64,000 nucleotides of DNA. It comes from Candidatus Latescibacterota bacterium. Lineage in GTDB: Bacteria > Latescibacterota > UBA2968 > GCA-2709665. Location of the stretch: assembly GCA_965205485.1 (NCBI GenBank), contig OZ242180.1:960001-1024000 (forward strand), given 5' to 3'. Below the pieces are notes generated by a model that worked only from the letters and a program-made list of their open reading frames with translations, was not told the origin of the DNA and did not search any database. This document shows, one piece after another, positions 1 to 11,467 of the stretch (positions within the stretch are counted from its first letter, which is position 1; each line of letters opens with the position of its first letter). Both the position numbers and the translations under genes were made by a program.

Positions 1-2201
1 GTTTCGCATTGTATCAGGCTGATGTCGTCGCCGGACTCGCGAAGGTGGACCGGGGATTCTCCCGGCCCGCACGCCTGCGCGACGTGTGTCAGGCGCACGC
101 CCTCGCCGGGATCCAGTCGCACGGCGCGGCGCGCCACAAACGTCGATAATACGACATCGTCCGTATGGTAGCGCTCCTTCCACAGTTCCTGATCCCGGGG
201 ATCCTTGTAACGCAGATGGACGGGCTCTTCGACGACCGCCAGCGAAACGGCCTCACAAGGGTTCTCGATCCGAAACGTCACGTCACCGGCGGACGGGCTC
301 CGCCTCTCGCAACGCGCCTCGCAGCCGTCCAGGTCCAGCCGGGCGGGGGTTCGGAAGCGGGCCTCGACGGCATAGTCCCCCGCCTGGTTCGCGATGACGG
401 TATCGTTGAATACCACGCAGCTTTCCGGAAGCAGGTGGACTTCGCGCACCCAGTCCGCTCCCGCGTAGTCCTTCAACCGGATCCGCAGGTACACCTTTCC
501 GTCTGCATCCGTCTCGTTCGCCTCCAATATCGCGAATCCCGGTATCTCACCGGACTCCCCGTCCAGGACGACCGTGACGGCCGACATGTGCTCGGGGGCG
601 GAGTGCACGAAACTGTCCTCCTGCACGATGAGCGAGAGACCCAGCCTGGCGTAGTCCAGAATGCCGCCCGCGTCGTCGTACGAATGGCTTCCTCCGCCCA
701 GGCCGTCGATCAGGAGAAAATCGTCATCGGGCTCCCATCCCGTACGCACCGAGAGCTTGTCGAAACACCGTTCGATCGGGGCCGATGGGGGCGTGGTCAC
801 AACGCCCGGTGCGCCCTGGGGGTCCCGTTCCCACGCGTGATAGAGGAGCGGGTCCACCGGAACGACGGTCACCCCCACCCGATCGTCCGGCACTTTCGGA
901 GCCGTCCCTGCGTCGAACGCTCGCGGCAGCGACGTCAGGTTCACCAGGCGGCGTTCCGGCGGCGCGAGGTCGTGGACGAACCGGTACCGCCCGTCGTCGA
1001 AATAGGCTGCGGCCGTCCGCAGGCTGGGTCCGGGAAACTGGCGGTTCAGATCGCTGTCTCCGGCCGAAGGAAGCCATCCCTCGTTGTTCACCACGGCCAA
1101 CGCGGCGTCCGCCGCCTGTCTGGCGCCGCCCTGCTCGAAGTACCCGTGCGAGGGGTCGTTGAGCCCGTATTCCACCATCACCGGTTGCGACATCCACCAG
1201 CCGTGGCAGAGACCGTCGCACAACGGCTTCCATGACGGCCCGTACGGCGCGTATGCCCGCCGGGCGACCTCCTCCCACCGCTCCGGACCGGTCAGTTCGG
1301 GGAAATGCGTCCGGAAATAGGCGGCCGCACAGGCCAACGCCAGGGCCGGGATGAGTTCGTGGTTCTGCCTGGGGACGTGCATGCTCACCACCCTGGGACA
1401 GCGCCCTACATGATGCCATCCTTCGGCGCTTTCGGCCCAGCCGTAGATGAACCGGGTGATGGCAAGCCGTTCCTCCTCGCTGAAGAGGTCCATGTGCTCA
1501 ACCAGCCGCCAGGGCTGCAGGCGGCTGAGGCTGTAGAGGTGCGCCTGGACGATTTTCTCCGACTTCACGTATCCGCTTTCGACAACCGCTTCCCACGCCC
1601 GGCGGTATTCCTCTCCGAGTTCGGGGTCTCCCGTCAGATAGTAGAGATATCCCTTCAGGTCTCCCTGCATCGTATTCGCGATTTGCCACGCGGCAGGAAG
1701 AAGCGGCTCCGCCCGGACTTGAGCCGCCTCGCGTGACGACAGCGGCAGCCGCGTGACGTCCAGCACCGCAAAATGGGGAATCGGATCGTCCAGGCGCGAA
1801 CTAAACGCGTCCGTGACCGACGCGGCGCCCGCGGCGTCGCTGTACCCCGCGTGGATGACGTTGCAGCCGGTTCCGAAAGGGTTGCAGAGCGTCCGAAGTT
1901 CGAATCCCCCCGGGCCCGGATACCACAGGTCCGTCGCGCTAAGGAACCGGAAGTAGAGTTCGCGCACGCAACGGCTGTCCGCCAGATTGCCGACGACGAT
2001 TACCGGGCGGTCAGCCGCCGTCAGCGCGTCGCCGGGCGGATCATCCAGAAGCTCGGCGTGAGCGTTTATATCCCGCAACGCCCGGTGGATGCGCCGGGCC
2101 GCCGTCCGGCCATGTCCGGACCGGGGCGCCGCCACCAGGACGCCATTCGGGCCGCGAAGAGGCGTTTCCGGTTCCAGCGGACGCGGACGTTCGATTTTCA
2201 T
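1..2201 (-). CDS. Lyase-like/heparinase II/III-like large protein, paralogue 1 (3' end beyond window edge)
   Basis: Absent from the ORF track because no stop lies inside the window. Manual translation from ATG 2201 (GGAGG at 2211-2215) gives MKIERPRPLEPETPL...VVGNLAD...WYPGPGGFELRTLCNPFGTGCNV...RQNHELIPALAL...WKPLCDG...FDKLSVRTGWEPDDDFLLIDGLGGGSHSYDDAG. These are the same motifs as in the other six paralogues. The frame is open at the window start. Confidence 0.85.
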   Translation of the reverse strand, partial: MKIERPRPLEPETPLRGPNGVLVAAPRSGHGRTAARRIHRALRDINAHAELLDDPPGDALTAADRPVIVVGNLADSRCVRELYFRFLSATDLWYPGPGGFELRTLCNPFGTGCNVIHAGYSDAAGAASVTDAFSSRLDDPIPHFAVLDVTRLPLSSREAAQVRAEPLLPAAWQIANTMQGDLKGYLYYLTGDPELGEEYRRAWEAVVESGYVKSEKIVQAHLYSLSRLQPWRLVEHMDLFSEEERLAITRFIYGWAESAEGWHHVGRCPRVVSMHVPRQNHELIPALALACAAAYFRTHFPELTGPERWEEVARRAYAPYGPSWKPLCDGLCHGWWMSQPVMVEYGLNDPSHGYFEQGGARQAADAALAVVNNEGWLPSAGDSDLNRQFPGPSLRTAAAYFDDGRYRFVHDLAPPERRLVNLTSLPRAFDAGTAPKVPDDRVGVTVVPVDPLLYHAWERDPQGAPGVVTTPPSAPIERCFDKLSVRTGWEPDDDFLLIDGLGGGSHSYDDAGGILDYARLGLSLIVQEDSFVHSAPEHMSAVTVVLDGESGEIPGFAILEANETDADGKVYLRIRLKDYAGADWVREVHLLPESCVVFNDTVIANQAGDYAVEARFRTPARLDLDGCEARCERRSPSAGDVTFRIENPCEAVSLAVVEEPVHLRYKDPRDQELWKERYHTDDVVLSTFVARRAVRLDPGEGVRLTHVAQACGPGESPVHLRESGDDISLIQCE

Positions 2202-2351
2202 GATCGTCGCCCTCCTGCAGCTTCGGTCCCCGCATCAGGACCGCCGCAAACAAGATCCGAGGTCTTCAATCCCGGTTCCAATTGAATTCCCGCCAACTCG
2301 ATCTGCATTCCAGCGCCTGGTATCGTCCACGGCTCCTGGTTTTGTCGCAAT

Positions 2352-5300
2352 TTATGCGACATATTCCACCACGCCGTCGCGCCTGCCCACCAGCAGCCCG
2401 CCCCCGGGAAACGCAGCCGCCGCAGTGATGGCATTCCCGCCACTCGACCAGCCAACCTCGCCGCTGCCGTCCAGGCCCACCGTCCTTCCATCTCCAAGCG
2501 CCACCAGGCAACCGCCTCCCTCTCCCGGCGACAGGCCGAACACCGGCGCTGCCAGAAAACGATGCCACAGCCTATCGCCACCAGTTTCGAAACACTGTAC
2601 GTAACCGTTCGAGGCGCCCGCGAATATGCGCCCTTCAGCATACGCCACTGACAGCACGGCGCCGCCCGCGTCCGCATCCCACAACACCTCGCCGTCCCCG
2701 CCATAGACGATCAACTGTCTGTGATTCGTATCGACGCCGCTGAGCACTTCGTCGACGCCATCTCCGTTCAGGTCCGCCGCGCGAAGACACTTCGACCACG
2801 AGGGGATTGACCAGCTCATGATATCGGGCCGCGAGAGCGTCTTCACGCACGCGCCCCTGGCATCGAACACACGGACGCACCCGTGAATCGACGGGTCCGC
2901 CATCCCCGCGAGCACGTGAAGGCCGTCCCCGTCACGCAGCCGCGCCACCGCGAGGCAGGTAGGCGGACCCCACTGGCAGGCGGAACGCCACAACAGCGCG
3001 CCGCCCTCATCGAACGCGTAAACGTGACGGTCGGCGCAGCCGGCCAGGATCTCGTCTCTGCCGTCGCCGTCGATATCTCCGGACGCCAGGCTCAGGACTT
3101 TGCAGTTCAGCCACGTCCAGTAGTCCCAGTTCATCGGCTGCCACTCGAGTTGATGCGTCCACACCTCCTGTCCCGATGCGTCCAGCCGGCGCACGGCTTC
3201 GCCATCCCCGCCGGCGACCACCCCGCCGTCGGCAAGGGCGAGAACCGTTCGTACGCGTCCTGACAGACGATGGGTCCATCGCCTTTCACCGTTTCGGTCG
3301 AACGCCGTAACGCCGCCGTCATCGTCGCCCGCGAAGCAGCCCCCTTCCCACACGTCCATCGCCGTAACCGGTGCGCCGCACGATCCTCGCCAGGCCGGCT
3401 TCGCGTCACCTTTTTCGGCGACGAACGGTCCCGCATCGGAGCCGTCCAGGGCGGCGCCCCACGTGGGAAGGACCGCCGCGTCTTCGCCAATCCTGACTTC
3501 GTCGCACCCGGCTGAAAGGGAGACCGTGGCGACCGTCCCCTCGCCTTCAACCCGATAGCCGGACGCTTCGGCAGACATCGCAAACGTCCTTGCTGCGTCC
3601 CTTCGTCGCTCCAGAACAGGGTGGCCAATCTCACCCCTTCATCGGGCTTGAGGGATTTCAGCGAGCGCTGCGCCCACCGCGTTCCACCTTCTGCCAGAGC
3701 CGACGTCACCGGGGCAAGTTCCCGGGCGCCGCTACCCGAATGCCGCATCTCCAGCCGGGCATCTTCCTGGATTGCTCGAAGCCCCCCGTCGGAGGATTCC
3801 ACGTCCCCATACACGTGCCAGCGACACTCGATCAGGTACTCGCCTTCGGCCTTCGCCCGGACTTCGTCGATGACCATAAACCAACCGTCCCGGCTGTTCA
3901 CGATATGGCGATTCCAGTCCGCCTGGCCGGGATACCCCATCGACGTCCCCGCGGCGGAGAGTCGGTCTCCCTCCGAGACGTATCGCAGGGCCGCATACCG
4001 GGACTCGCAGCCGGGCCCCGCGCCGTCAACCGCGACGCTCACCCCGTTGTGGTCCCGGATCGATGCCGGACCCACGCGACCCCCGAACCAGTTCTTTCCG
4101 CGTCCGGTGTACCGGACGATACAGTTTCCGTCCTGATAGGAATGGGAGCCTCCCGAGATACCGCAAAGCAGCAGATAGTCGTCGTCATCCGTCCATCCGG
4201 AACGGAAGTAGACCTTGTCGAACGTCTGTTCGAAAGGCACGTCACGCAGGTAAACACCCTCCGGCGCGAATCCACCGATGTCCTCCAGAGAATCGTAGAA
4301 CAACCTTGAAAGCGGAGCCACGCCCACACGGCCCATCCGCTCCGGCGTTGCGGCGCCTCGTCCCGTCACCCAGGTCCGGAACGGCTCCACGTTCGCACGA
4401 ACAGCCTTCCCGGCCAGGCCGCCCTCGTCCGACGTTCCGCAAAGCTGCAGGTATTCGTCGTTTCCCGTCACGGCCGCGGCCATCAACATGTACTGTTGCG
4501 GCCCGCCTTCGAGATTGCTGTGTGCGACCAGCGCCCTGTCCACGCCCTCCAGATAGGGTTTGCTGGTAAAGTAGTCCGTCTTTCCGGAAGCCAATGCATA
4601 GTCGGCGGTATTGAAGAGTGAAAACGACCACTGGTGCCCCCACGAATCGCACACGGGCTTGTTCGACGTCATCTGCGGCGCGAAGAACACCTCCGCCAGT
4701 TTCATCCATGCCCGCCCTTCAGCCAACCCGTGCACCTGGTGGAAATACCGGCCACCATAAAACAGATCGAGACCGGACATGGTCTGATGGTTCTGCCGCA
4801 CGCGGTCCACACCCACGTGGTTGAGGAATCCGGCATTACCGGCGCCTTCCGTGGACCGGTACAGCCCCAGGAATGCTTCAAGCGTCTCCTCCCGCTGGTC
4901 TCCGGGAAGGCCCGGATGATTCTCGAGAACGGTGAACGGCAGCAGCATGGTCCTCAGGAACCCGTGAATCTGCGGCGGATCGGGCAGGTGGCGTTCGAAC
5001 CACCGCGTGCGCGCGAAGTTGCGGACCTGCCGGCAGAACATCGGGATGAGTTCCTCCAGGCCGGTCTGCACCGCCAGCATCCCGATTTCGGAAATGGCCC
5101 ACATGTAGGTCCAGTCCCCCGGTCCGCTCGTAAACTCCCGCTCCAAAGCCTCGTCGCCCTGGTTCAGCCGCTCCTGTGCAGGCTTCAGGTACAGGTCGGC
5201 CCATCTCCCCAGGTTCACGTGGTACTGAAATGGAAGTTCCGCACCCGACACCCGGATCGTACGGGAAAGCGCTCCTGCCGCATCCTCGACGTCATCCGCC

Positions 5301-5644
5301 TGGCTTACTCCCACAACGATCACGTGCCCCGCGTCTTCCAGAGAATCCGGTGCCGTGCGGATTACCCAGCCGCCGGGCCCGGGCCAGATCCGGTCCGTCA
5401 GATCGTATGCGCGGAAGTACATCGTCCTCACAAACGCGCTGTTCATCATGTTTCCCAGCGCGATCACGTGGCGTCCGCCCGCGTCGAGGAGCGCGTCGGG
5501 CAGGATCTCCACGCCGGCCGAAAGCACATCCTTCAGGGCGGATTGAAGACGCTTCGCCGCGGCCTGATACGGCTCGGAATCGGGCGCCGAAATACAGACG
5601 CCGGCAGCGAGATCCGTCTCGTGAACGGGTTTGCGGAAGTTCAT
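2352..5644 (-). pseudogene. Lyase-like core + FG-GAP/PQQ-like beta-propeller protein, paralogue 2 (~1097 aa if one frameshift at ~3600 is corrected; possibly an intact gene with a sequencing error)
   Basis: ORFs 3131..5644 and 2352..3578 join collinearly with paralogue 3 if one G is added to the GGG at 3599-3601 (FWSDEG-DAARTFAMSAEASGYR). Motifs: RQNHQT, NKPVCDSWGHQW, FDKVYFRSGW..DYLLLCGISGGSHSYQDGN, GDIDGDGRDE, DLNGDGVDE. Confidence 0.85.
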
Positions 5645-5726
5645 ATCGCAATCCTTTCTCCGTGTGCAACTTTGATACCACAGAGCGGGAATTCAAATGA
5701 ATGGGCGGGATGGAGACTTGCGACGC

Positions 5727-8700
5727 CTACCGGTAGCATTCCAGCGCGCCATCGTTCCGTCCCACCAGCAGGCCGCCGTCCGGCCACGCGGATGCCCAGC
5801 CAGCCGCCGTTGCGTCCGGATTCCCGGTGTGCGTCGTACGAATCTCTCCCGATCCGCCCAGACCGACGACCGTTCCGCCTCCCAGGGCCGCCAGAGACCC
5901 ACCATCTCCACGCGGGGCCAGCCCGACCACCGGTTCGGCCAGAAACCGGCTCCACAGGCGTGTGCCGTCCGCCGCGAAACACTGCGCAAATCCGTTGGAT
6001 GCGCCCGCGTACACCCGACCCTCACTGGCGTTGACCGACACGACAGCACCACCGACGTCCGCATCCCACAACACCTTCCCATCCCTGCGATACACGATCA
6101 ACTGACGGTGGTTGGTATCCACGCCACTGAGCACCTCCTCCCATCCATCCCCGTCCACGTCGCCACGTCGACGCACTTCGACCACGACGGAATCGACCAG
6201 CTCATGATATCCGGCCGCGACAGCGTCTGCTCACACGCCCCGTCCGATTCGAATACCCGGATACATCCGTGAATCGACGGGTCCGCCATCCCCGCCAGCA
6301 CCTGACGTCGGTCCCCTTGCCGCAGCCGCGCCACCGCCAGGCACGTGGGCGGACCCCACTGGCAGGCGGAACGCCACAACAGATTGCCCTCGTCGTCAAA
6401 CGCGTAGACGTGGCGGTCCGCGCATCCGGCCAGAATCTCGTCTTTCCCGTCGCCGTCGATATCGCCGGCCGCCAGGCTGAGGACTTTACAGTTCAGCCAC
6501 GTCCAGTAGTCCCAGTTCATCGGTTGCCACTCGAGTTGACAGGACCATACCTCGCGGCCCGACCCGTCCAGCCGGTGTACGGCTTCCGCCTCCCCGCCAG
6601 CCACGACCCCGCCGTCTGCAAGGGCGAGTATCGTGCGTATGCCTCCGGATATTGAATGGGTCCATCGTATCCCGCCGTTCAGGTCGAACGCCGTGATGGC
6701 TCCGCTGTCGTCGCCCGCGAAGCAGCCCCCCTCCCATGCATCGACCGACGCCACCCTTCCGCCGCATGTGCCGCTCCACACCGGCTTCGACTCGCCCCCT
6801 GCGATGACAAACGGCCCCGGCTCGGTTGCTTCGACGATGCGGCCGGCCATTGGAAGTACGACTGCATCGGCTACCAGGTTCACGCCCTCGCTTTCCGCCG
6901 CGAACGAGACCGTCACCGCCCTGCCCTGCCCCTCGATACGATAGCCGGACCCCTCCGGTTCAAGCGTATACGAACGAGCCTGCTCCAGATCGTCGCTCCA
7001 GAAAAGAGTAGCGTACCGCATCCCTTCGCCCGGCTGAAGCGGCTTCAATGAGCGCTGGATCCAACGCATGCCGCCCTTTTCCAGGGCTGCTGTCACCGGT
7101 ATCAGGTCCTGCGACGCGCAGCCCGCGTGCCGCATATTCAGTGTCGCATTACCCTGAACCGAGCGCAGGGACCCATCCGACAGCGTTACGTCTCCGAGCA
7201 CGTGCCAGCGGCCCTCAACCAGGAATTCACCTGCCACCTGCGCCTGGACCTCGTCCACCACGAGAAACCACCCCGCCTTGCCGTATACGATATGGCGATA
7301 CCAGTCGCCCTGACCGGGATATCGCATCGAAGTGCCCGCCACCGAAAACGCCTCACCCTCCTCCACGTATTTCAAGGTGGCGTATCGGGACTCACGTCCC
7401 GGGCCCGCTCCGTCCACTGCGATGTTCACTCCGTTGTGGTCGCGCACCGAGGCCGGACCCACGCGATCTCCGAACCAGTTCCGTCCCCGCGCCGTATACC
7501 GCACAATGCAGTTGCCGTCCTGATACGAATGAGACCCGCCCGATATGCCGTCCAACAGCAGATAGTCGTCGTCGTCCGACCATCCGGACCGGAAGAAGAC
7601 CTTATCGAATGCCTGCTCGAACGGCACGTCGCGCAGGTACACGCCCTCGGGCGCAAACCCGCTGGAACCCTCGAGCGAATCGTAGAACAGCCGCGAGAGC
7701 GGCGCCACGCCCACCCGTCCCAGCCTCTCCGGCGCTATCGCCCGGCGTCCCGTCACCCATGATCGAAGCGGCTCTTCCGGTCCCTTTATGGATCGTCCGG
7801 CCAGGGCATCTTCGTCAGAGACGCCGCAGGGGTGCAGGTATTCATCGTTCCCCGTGGCCGTCGCGGCCATCAGAAAGTACTGCTGCGGGCCTCGTTCCAG
7901 GTTGCTGTGCGCAATCAGCGCCCTGTCCACACCCTCCAGGAACGGTTTGCTCGAAACGTAATCCGAGCGCCCCGACGCCAGCGCAAAATCCGCAGTGTTG
8001 AACAGTGAAGCGGCCCACTGATGGCCCCACGAGTCGCACACCGGCTTGTTGGACGTCATCTGCGGCGCAAAAAAGACCTCCGCAAGCTTCATCCACGCCC
8101 TGCCCTCGGCCAACCCATGCACCTGGTGGAAATACCGTCCCCCATAAAAGAGGTCAAGCGCCGACCGGGTCTGGTGGTTCTGCCGAACCCTGTTCACGCC
8201 GACGTGGCTCAGAAATCCGTTGTTCCCGGCCCCTTCTCCCGATCGGTATAGCGCCAGGAGGGCGTCCAGGGTCTCCTCTCGCATTTCTGTCGGGACGGAC
8301 GGATGGTTTTCCAGGATCGTGAACGGAAGCAGCATGGTCCTCAGGAACCCGTGAATCTGCGGAGGGTCCGGCAGATGGCGCTCAAACCACCGCGTACGCG
8401 CAAATTGGCAGACCTGCCTGCAGAACATCTCCATCAACGCTTCATCCCCGGTCCGGACCGCCAGCATCCCGATGTCTCCGATCGCGCGCATATAGGTCCA
8501 GTCGCCCGCCCCGCTGGTATATTCCCGCTCCAGGTGGGCGTCGCCGGCCTCCAGCCGCTCCCGCGCCGGCCTCAGATACAGATCCGACCACCTCCCCGGC
8601 TGCACGCGGTACTGGAACGGTAGCGTGATACCCGTCTCGGCGATGGTGTTGCTGAGGGCATCCGCCGCCCCGGTAACGTCCTCCGCGCTGCTCACGCCCA

Positions 8701-9031
8701 CGACCACCACGTGACCTACCTCGTCCAGGGAGTGCGGCGCGGTACGGACCGCCCACCCGCCGGGGCCCGGCCAGACCCGGTCCGTCAGATCGAATGCCCG
8801 GAAATACAGCGCCTTCAGGAACGCGCTGTCCATCATGTTCCCAAACGCGATCACATGGCGCCCGCCCGCATCGAGCCGCGCGTCCGGCAGGATTTCAACG
8901 CTATCCGAAAGCGCACCGTGCAGGGCCGCCTGAAGCCGCTTCGCAGCGGCCTGATACGGCTCGTCACCGGGCGACGAAATACAGACGCCGCCAGTGAGAT
9001 CCGTCGCGTGAACAGGTTTGCGGAATGTCAT
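5727..9031 (-). pseudogene. Lyase-like core + FG-GAP/PQQ-like beta-propeller protein, paralogue 3 (~1101 aa if one frameshift at ~6161 is corrected)
   Basis: ORFs 6098..9031 and 5727..6185 join with one added base (SWSKCVDVA-DVDGDGWEEVLSGVDTNHRQ), matching paralogue 2 (SWSKCLRAADLNGDGVDEVLSGVDTNHRQ). Confidence 0.85.
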
Positions 9032-9283
9032 TTCACATTCCTTTCTCCGTGCCGGCTTGGACGCAAGGGGGTAGTCGGGTTCGGCGCGCCTGAGTCGAAC
9101 GCGGTTTCTTCCTGATTGCCTGAAAGACTTGCGATCGAAGCCCTGTAACGGTTATCTTGTAATTTCACGGGTGTATCGGTCTATTTCATCGCGTCAGGGT
9201 GATTTTGTACAATCAAAATACAATGACCCGGGCATAGAAACCACCTCAAACCGTACTACAGGTCCACAGATAAGGAGAGCGTT

Positions 9284-11260
9284 GTGTCGCAAAGGATTCG
9301 CAGTGTCATGATGGTCGCACTTGCCGCAGGTCTTGCATGGAGTTGCGGCCGCGAACGCGTTTTGGAGTCTTCCGGGTCGGATGACCGGATTGGCCGCGCG
9401 CTGAGCAAGGTGGCGGCAGCGGGCGATGGTCGTGCATCTGGGGCGCTGGTGGAGGCGTCTGTGTCGCGAGATGGCGCGCCCGCGGCACATGTGATGGTCG
9501 AATTTGCGCGTTCCATTGCCGGGCGGAAGCCGGACTATCGGTGGTCGGGAACGACCGATGCCAAGGGGCGCGTTACAGTGGAGATATCCAGTCCGGCGAC
9601 GGGTTATTTTCAAGCGCGCGCGTCTCAGGATGGCGCCGTGACGGGCCACTGGTCCAGCATCCCGGTCAATGATGGTTACAGGACATTGGTCGCGTTGCCC
9701 GTTGGCGGAAAGGCGCGGGTGGCGCGATCATCCAGGATAGGTGTGATTGCCATCGGTCTTGTTCCGCATCTGAGCGGTGTGTTCAGTTCGCCCCGTCCGC
9801 CAATGAGAAACGCGTCTGAAATGGCTCTTGAAGAGATCAATAACGCGCACGGTGAGCCGAGATTCGAGTTCATCATTGAAGATAGCCGCAGCACGATAGA
9901 TGGTGCCGTTGAGGCTTTTAAGAAGCTGATTCATCGAGATGGCGTCCTCGCCATTCTCGGTCCTCGTACTTCAAGTCAGGCCGTGGCGGCCTTTCCCATC
10001 GCGCAAGAAAACCGTGTTGTGGCACTCGGTCCGACTTCTGCCGCACGAGGTATCAGTGAGATGGGGGACTTTCTCTTTCGCGCGAGTCTCACCGTAGATC
10101 GGTACGTGCCCGGCGGCATCGAGAAGACGCGGGAGGCGCTCGGCTACAAGCAGGTGGCGACGATATTCGATGACGCGGATGTTTTTTCCCGAAGCAGCGA
10201 CGAGGTCATTCGGAACGCGCTCACGGAAGGCGGCGTTGACATTGTGACGACAGAGACTTTCCAGACCGCCGATGCCGATGTTTCCGCGCAACTGACTCGG
10301 ATAAAAGCGTTGAATCCGGATGCCGTCTTTATTTCTTCTCAAGCTGTAGACATGGCTGATATTCTGATTCAGGGACGGCAAGTCGGTATTCCTGCCGAGG
10401 TTCCCTTTATCACGTCTTCGGTGCTGACGTTAGACGGCATAAAGCGTGCAGGCGTCGCTGCCGAGGGTGTTATTGCGTTTACGGCCTGGAGCAGCATGGC
10501 CGATACACCTGGTAATCGCGCCTTCGTCGAGAATTATACGTCAAGATACGGGGTTGAACCCAATGTGATTGCCGCACAATCCTACGCCAGTGTTTATATC
10601 TTGACGCAAGCAATTTCAGATGCCCGCTCTGCATCGGGATCTGAGACTCCGGAATCCGAAAATATTCGGGATGCGTTGCGCAATGTTCGGAATTTCGACA
10701 CGGTGCTGGGTCCGTTTTCTTTCGATAACGTTGGCGACGGGGTCTACAACCCGACGGTATTGACTGTCAAGAACGGCGCACTTGCTGTTTTCGATCCAAC
10801 GCCTGCCGCGGTTGCGACCGCGATAATCGGCGAGACGAATGACAGCGGTTTGACCGGAAAAGCGACTTTCGCACAGTTCGGCGATAATATCAAACTGGTC
10901 GTCTCGCTGGCGAATGCGTCCGCAGGCGAACACGCCGTCCATATCCATGCAAAGGGCGATTGCAGTGCGTCAGACGGGACATCGGCCGGCGGGCATTGGA
11001 ATCCCACGGGCGTAGCGCACGGCAAATGGGGAGAAGGTGAATTTCACCTCGGCGACATCGGCAATGCGAGCGTCGATGACCAGGGCACAGGAAGTATTGA
11101 ATTGACGACGAATCTCTGGGAGATCAATACGGGTTCAGCAATTGATATCGTTGGCAAGGCGATCGTCGTCCATGCGCGCGCTGATGATTTCGTCTCGCAA
11201 CCTTCGGGCAATGCCGGCGCGCGTATCGGTTGCGGTGTGATTGTGTTGGACCAGCAATAG
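9284..11260 (+). CDS. Exported, probably lipid-anchored fusion protein: N-terminal beta-rich domain + LivJ-type ABC substrate-binding domain + C-terminal Cu/Zn superoxide dismutase
   Basis: GTG start after AGGAGA. Hydrophobic leader ends ...GLAWSC. Type I SBP motifs: IGLVPHLSG, MALEEIN, IEDSRST, AILGPRTSSQA. SOD motifs: HAVHIH, SAGGHWNP, HG, HLGDIGN, IVVHARADD, GNAGARIGCGVI. Confidence 0.9.
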   Translation: MSQRIRSVMMVALAAGLAWSCGRERVLESSGSDDRIGRALSKVAAAGDGRASGALVEASVSRDGAPAAHVMVEFARSIAGRKPDYRWSGTTDAKGRVTVEISSPATGYFQARASQDGAVTGHWSSIPVNDGYRTLVALPVGGKARVARSSRIGVIAIGLVPHLSGVFSSPRPPMRNASEMALEEINNAHGEPRFEFIIEDSRSTIDGAVEAFKKLIHRDGVLAILGPRTSSQAVAAFPIAQENRVVALGPTSAARGISEMGDFLFRASLTVDRYVPGGIEKTREALGYKQVATIFDDADVFSRSSDEVIRNALTEGGVDIVTTETFQTADADVSAQLTRIKALNPDAVFISSQAVDMADILIQGRQVGIPAEVPFITSSVLTLDGIKRAGVAAEGVIAFTAWSSMADTPGNRAFVENYTSRYGVEPNVIAAQSYASVYILTQAISDARSASGSETPESENIRDALRNVRNFDTVLGPFSFDNVGDGVYNPTVLTVKNGALAVFDPTPAAVATAIIGETNDSGLTGKATFAQFGDNIKLVVSLANASAGEHAVHIHAKGDCSASDGTSAGGHWNPTGVAHGKWGEGEFHLGDIGNASVDDQGTGSIELTTNLWEINTGSAIDIVGKAIVVHARADDFVSQPSGNAGARIGCGVIVLDQQ

Positions 11261-11467
11261 GAGGTCGAGTCTGACAACCTTGATTCGTCACTTCTTCCGG
11301 GACGCAAAGTCGAATACAGGCAAGCGGATAGAGGCGATTTGACGTCGGATTGCCAGGAAACTTCAGGTGACTTGACGTGAACGGAAGATACATCCTTCCG
11401 GACGACCTTTTCGGCCCGTTCTGGATGGATTCCCGGCGGCGCGGCGTTGCTTTTTCTGGAATTGCGT

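Noticed and set aside
1898..1907. GTTCGAATCC T-loop-like motif
   Set aside because: Lies inside paralogue 1 (GGFEL) with no cloverleaf around it. No tRNA found in the window.
3578..3601. Programmed frameshift or genuine two-gene split between lyase core and propeller
   Set aside because: No slippery heptamer, and paralogues 3-7 are continuous across this boundary. One added G restores collinearity.
11044..11467. C-terminal extension of ORF 11044..14325 overlapping the SOD domain
   Set aside because: Run-on caused by the frameshift at ~11542. The homologous C-terminus ends at 11468.
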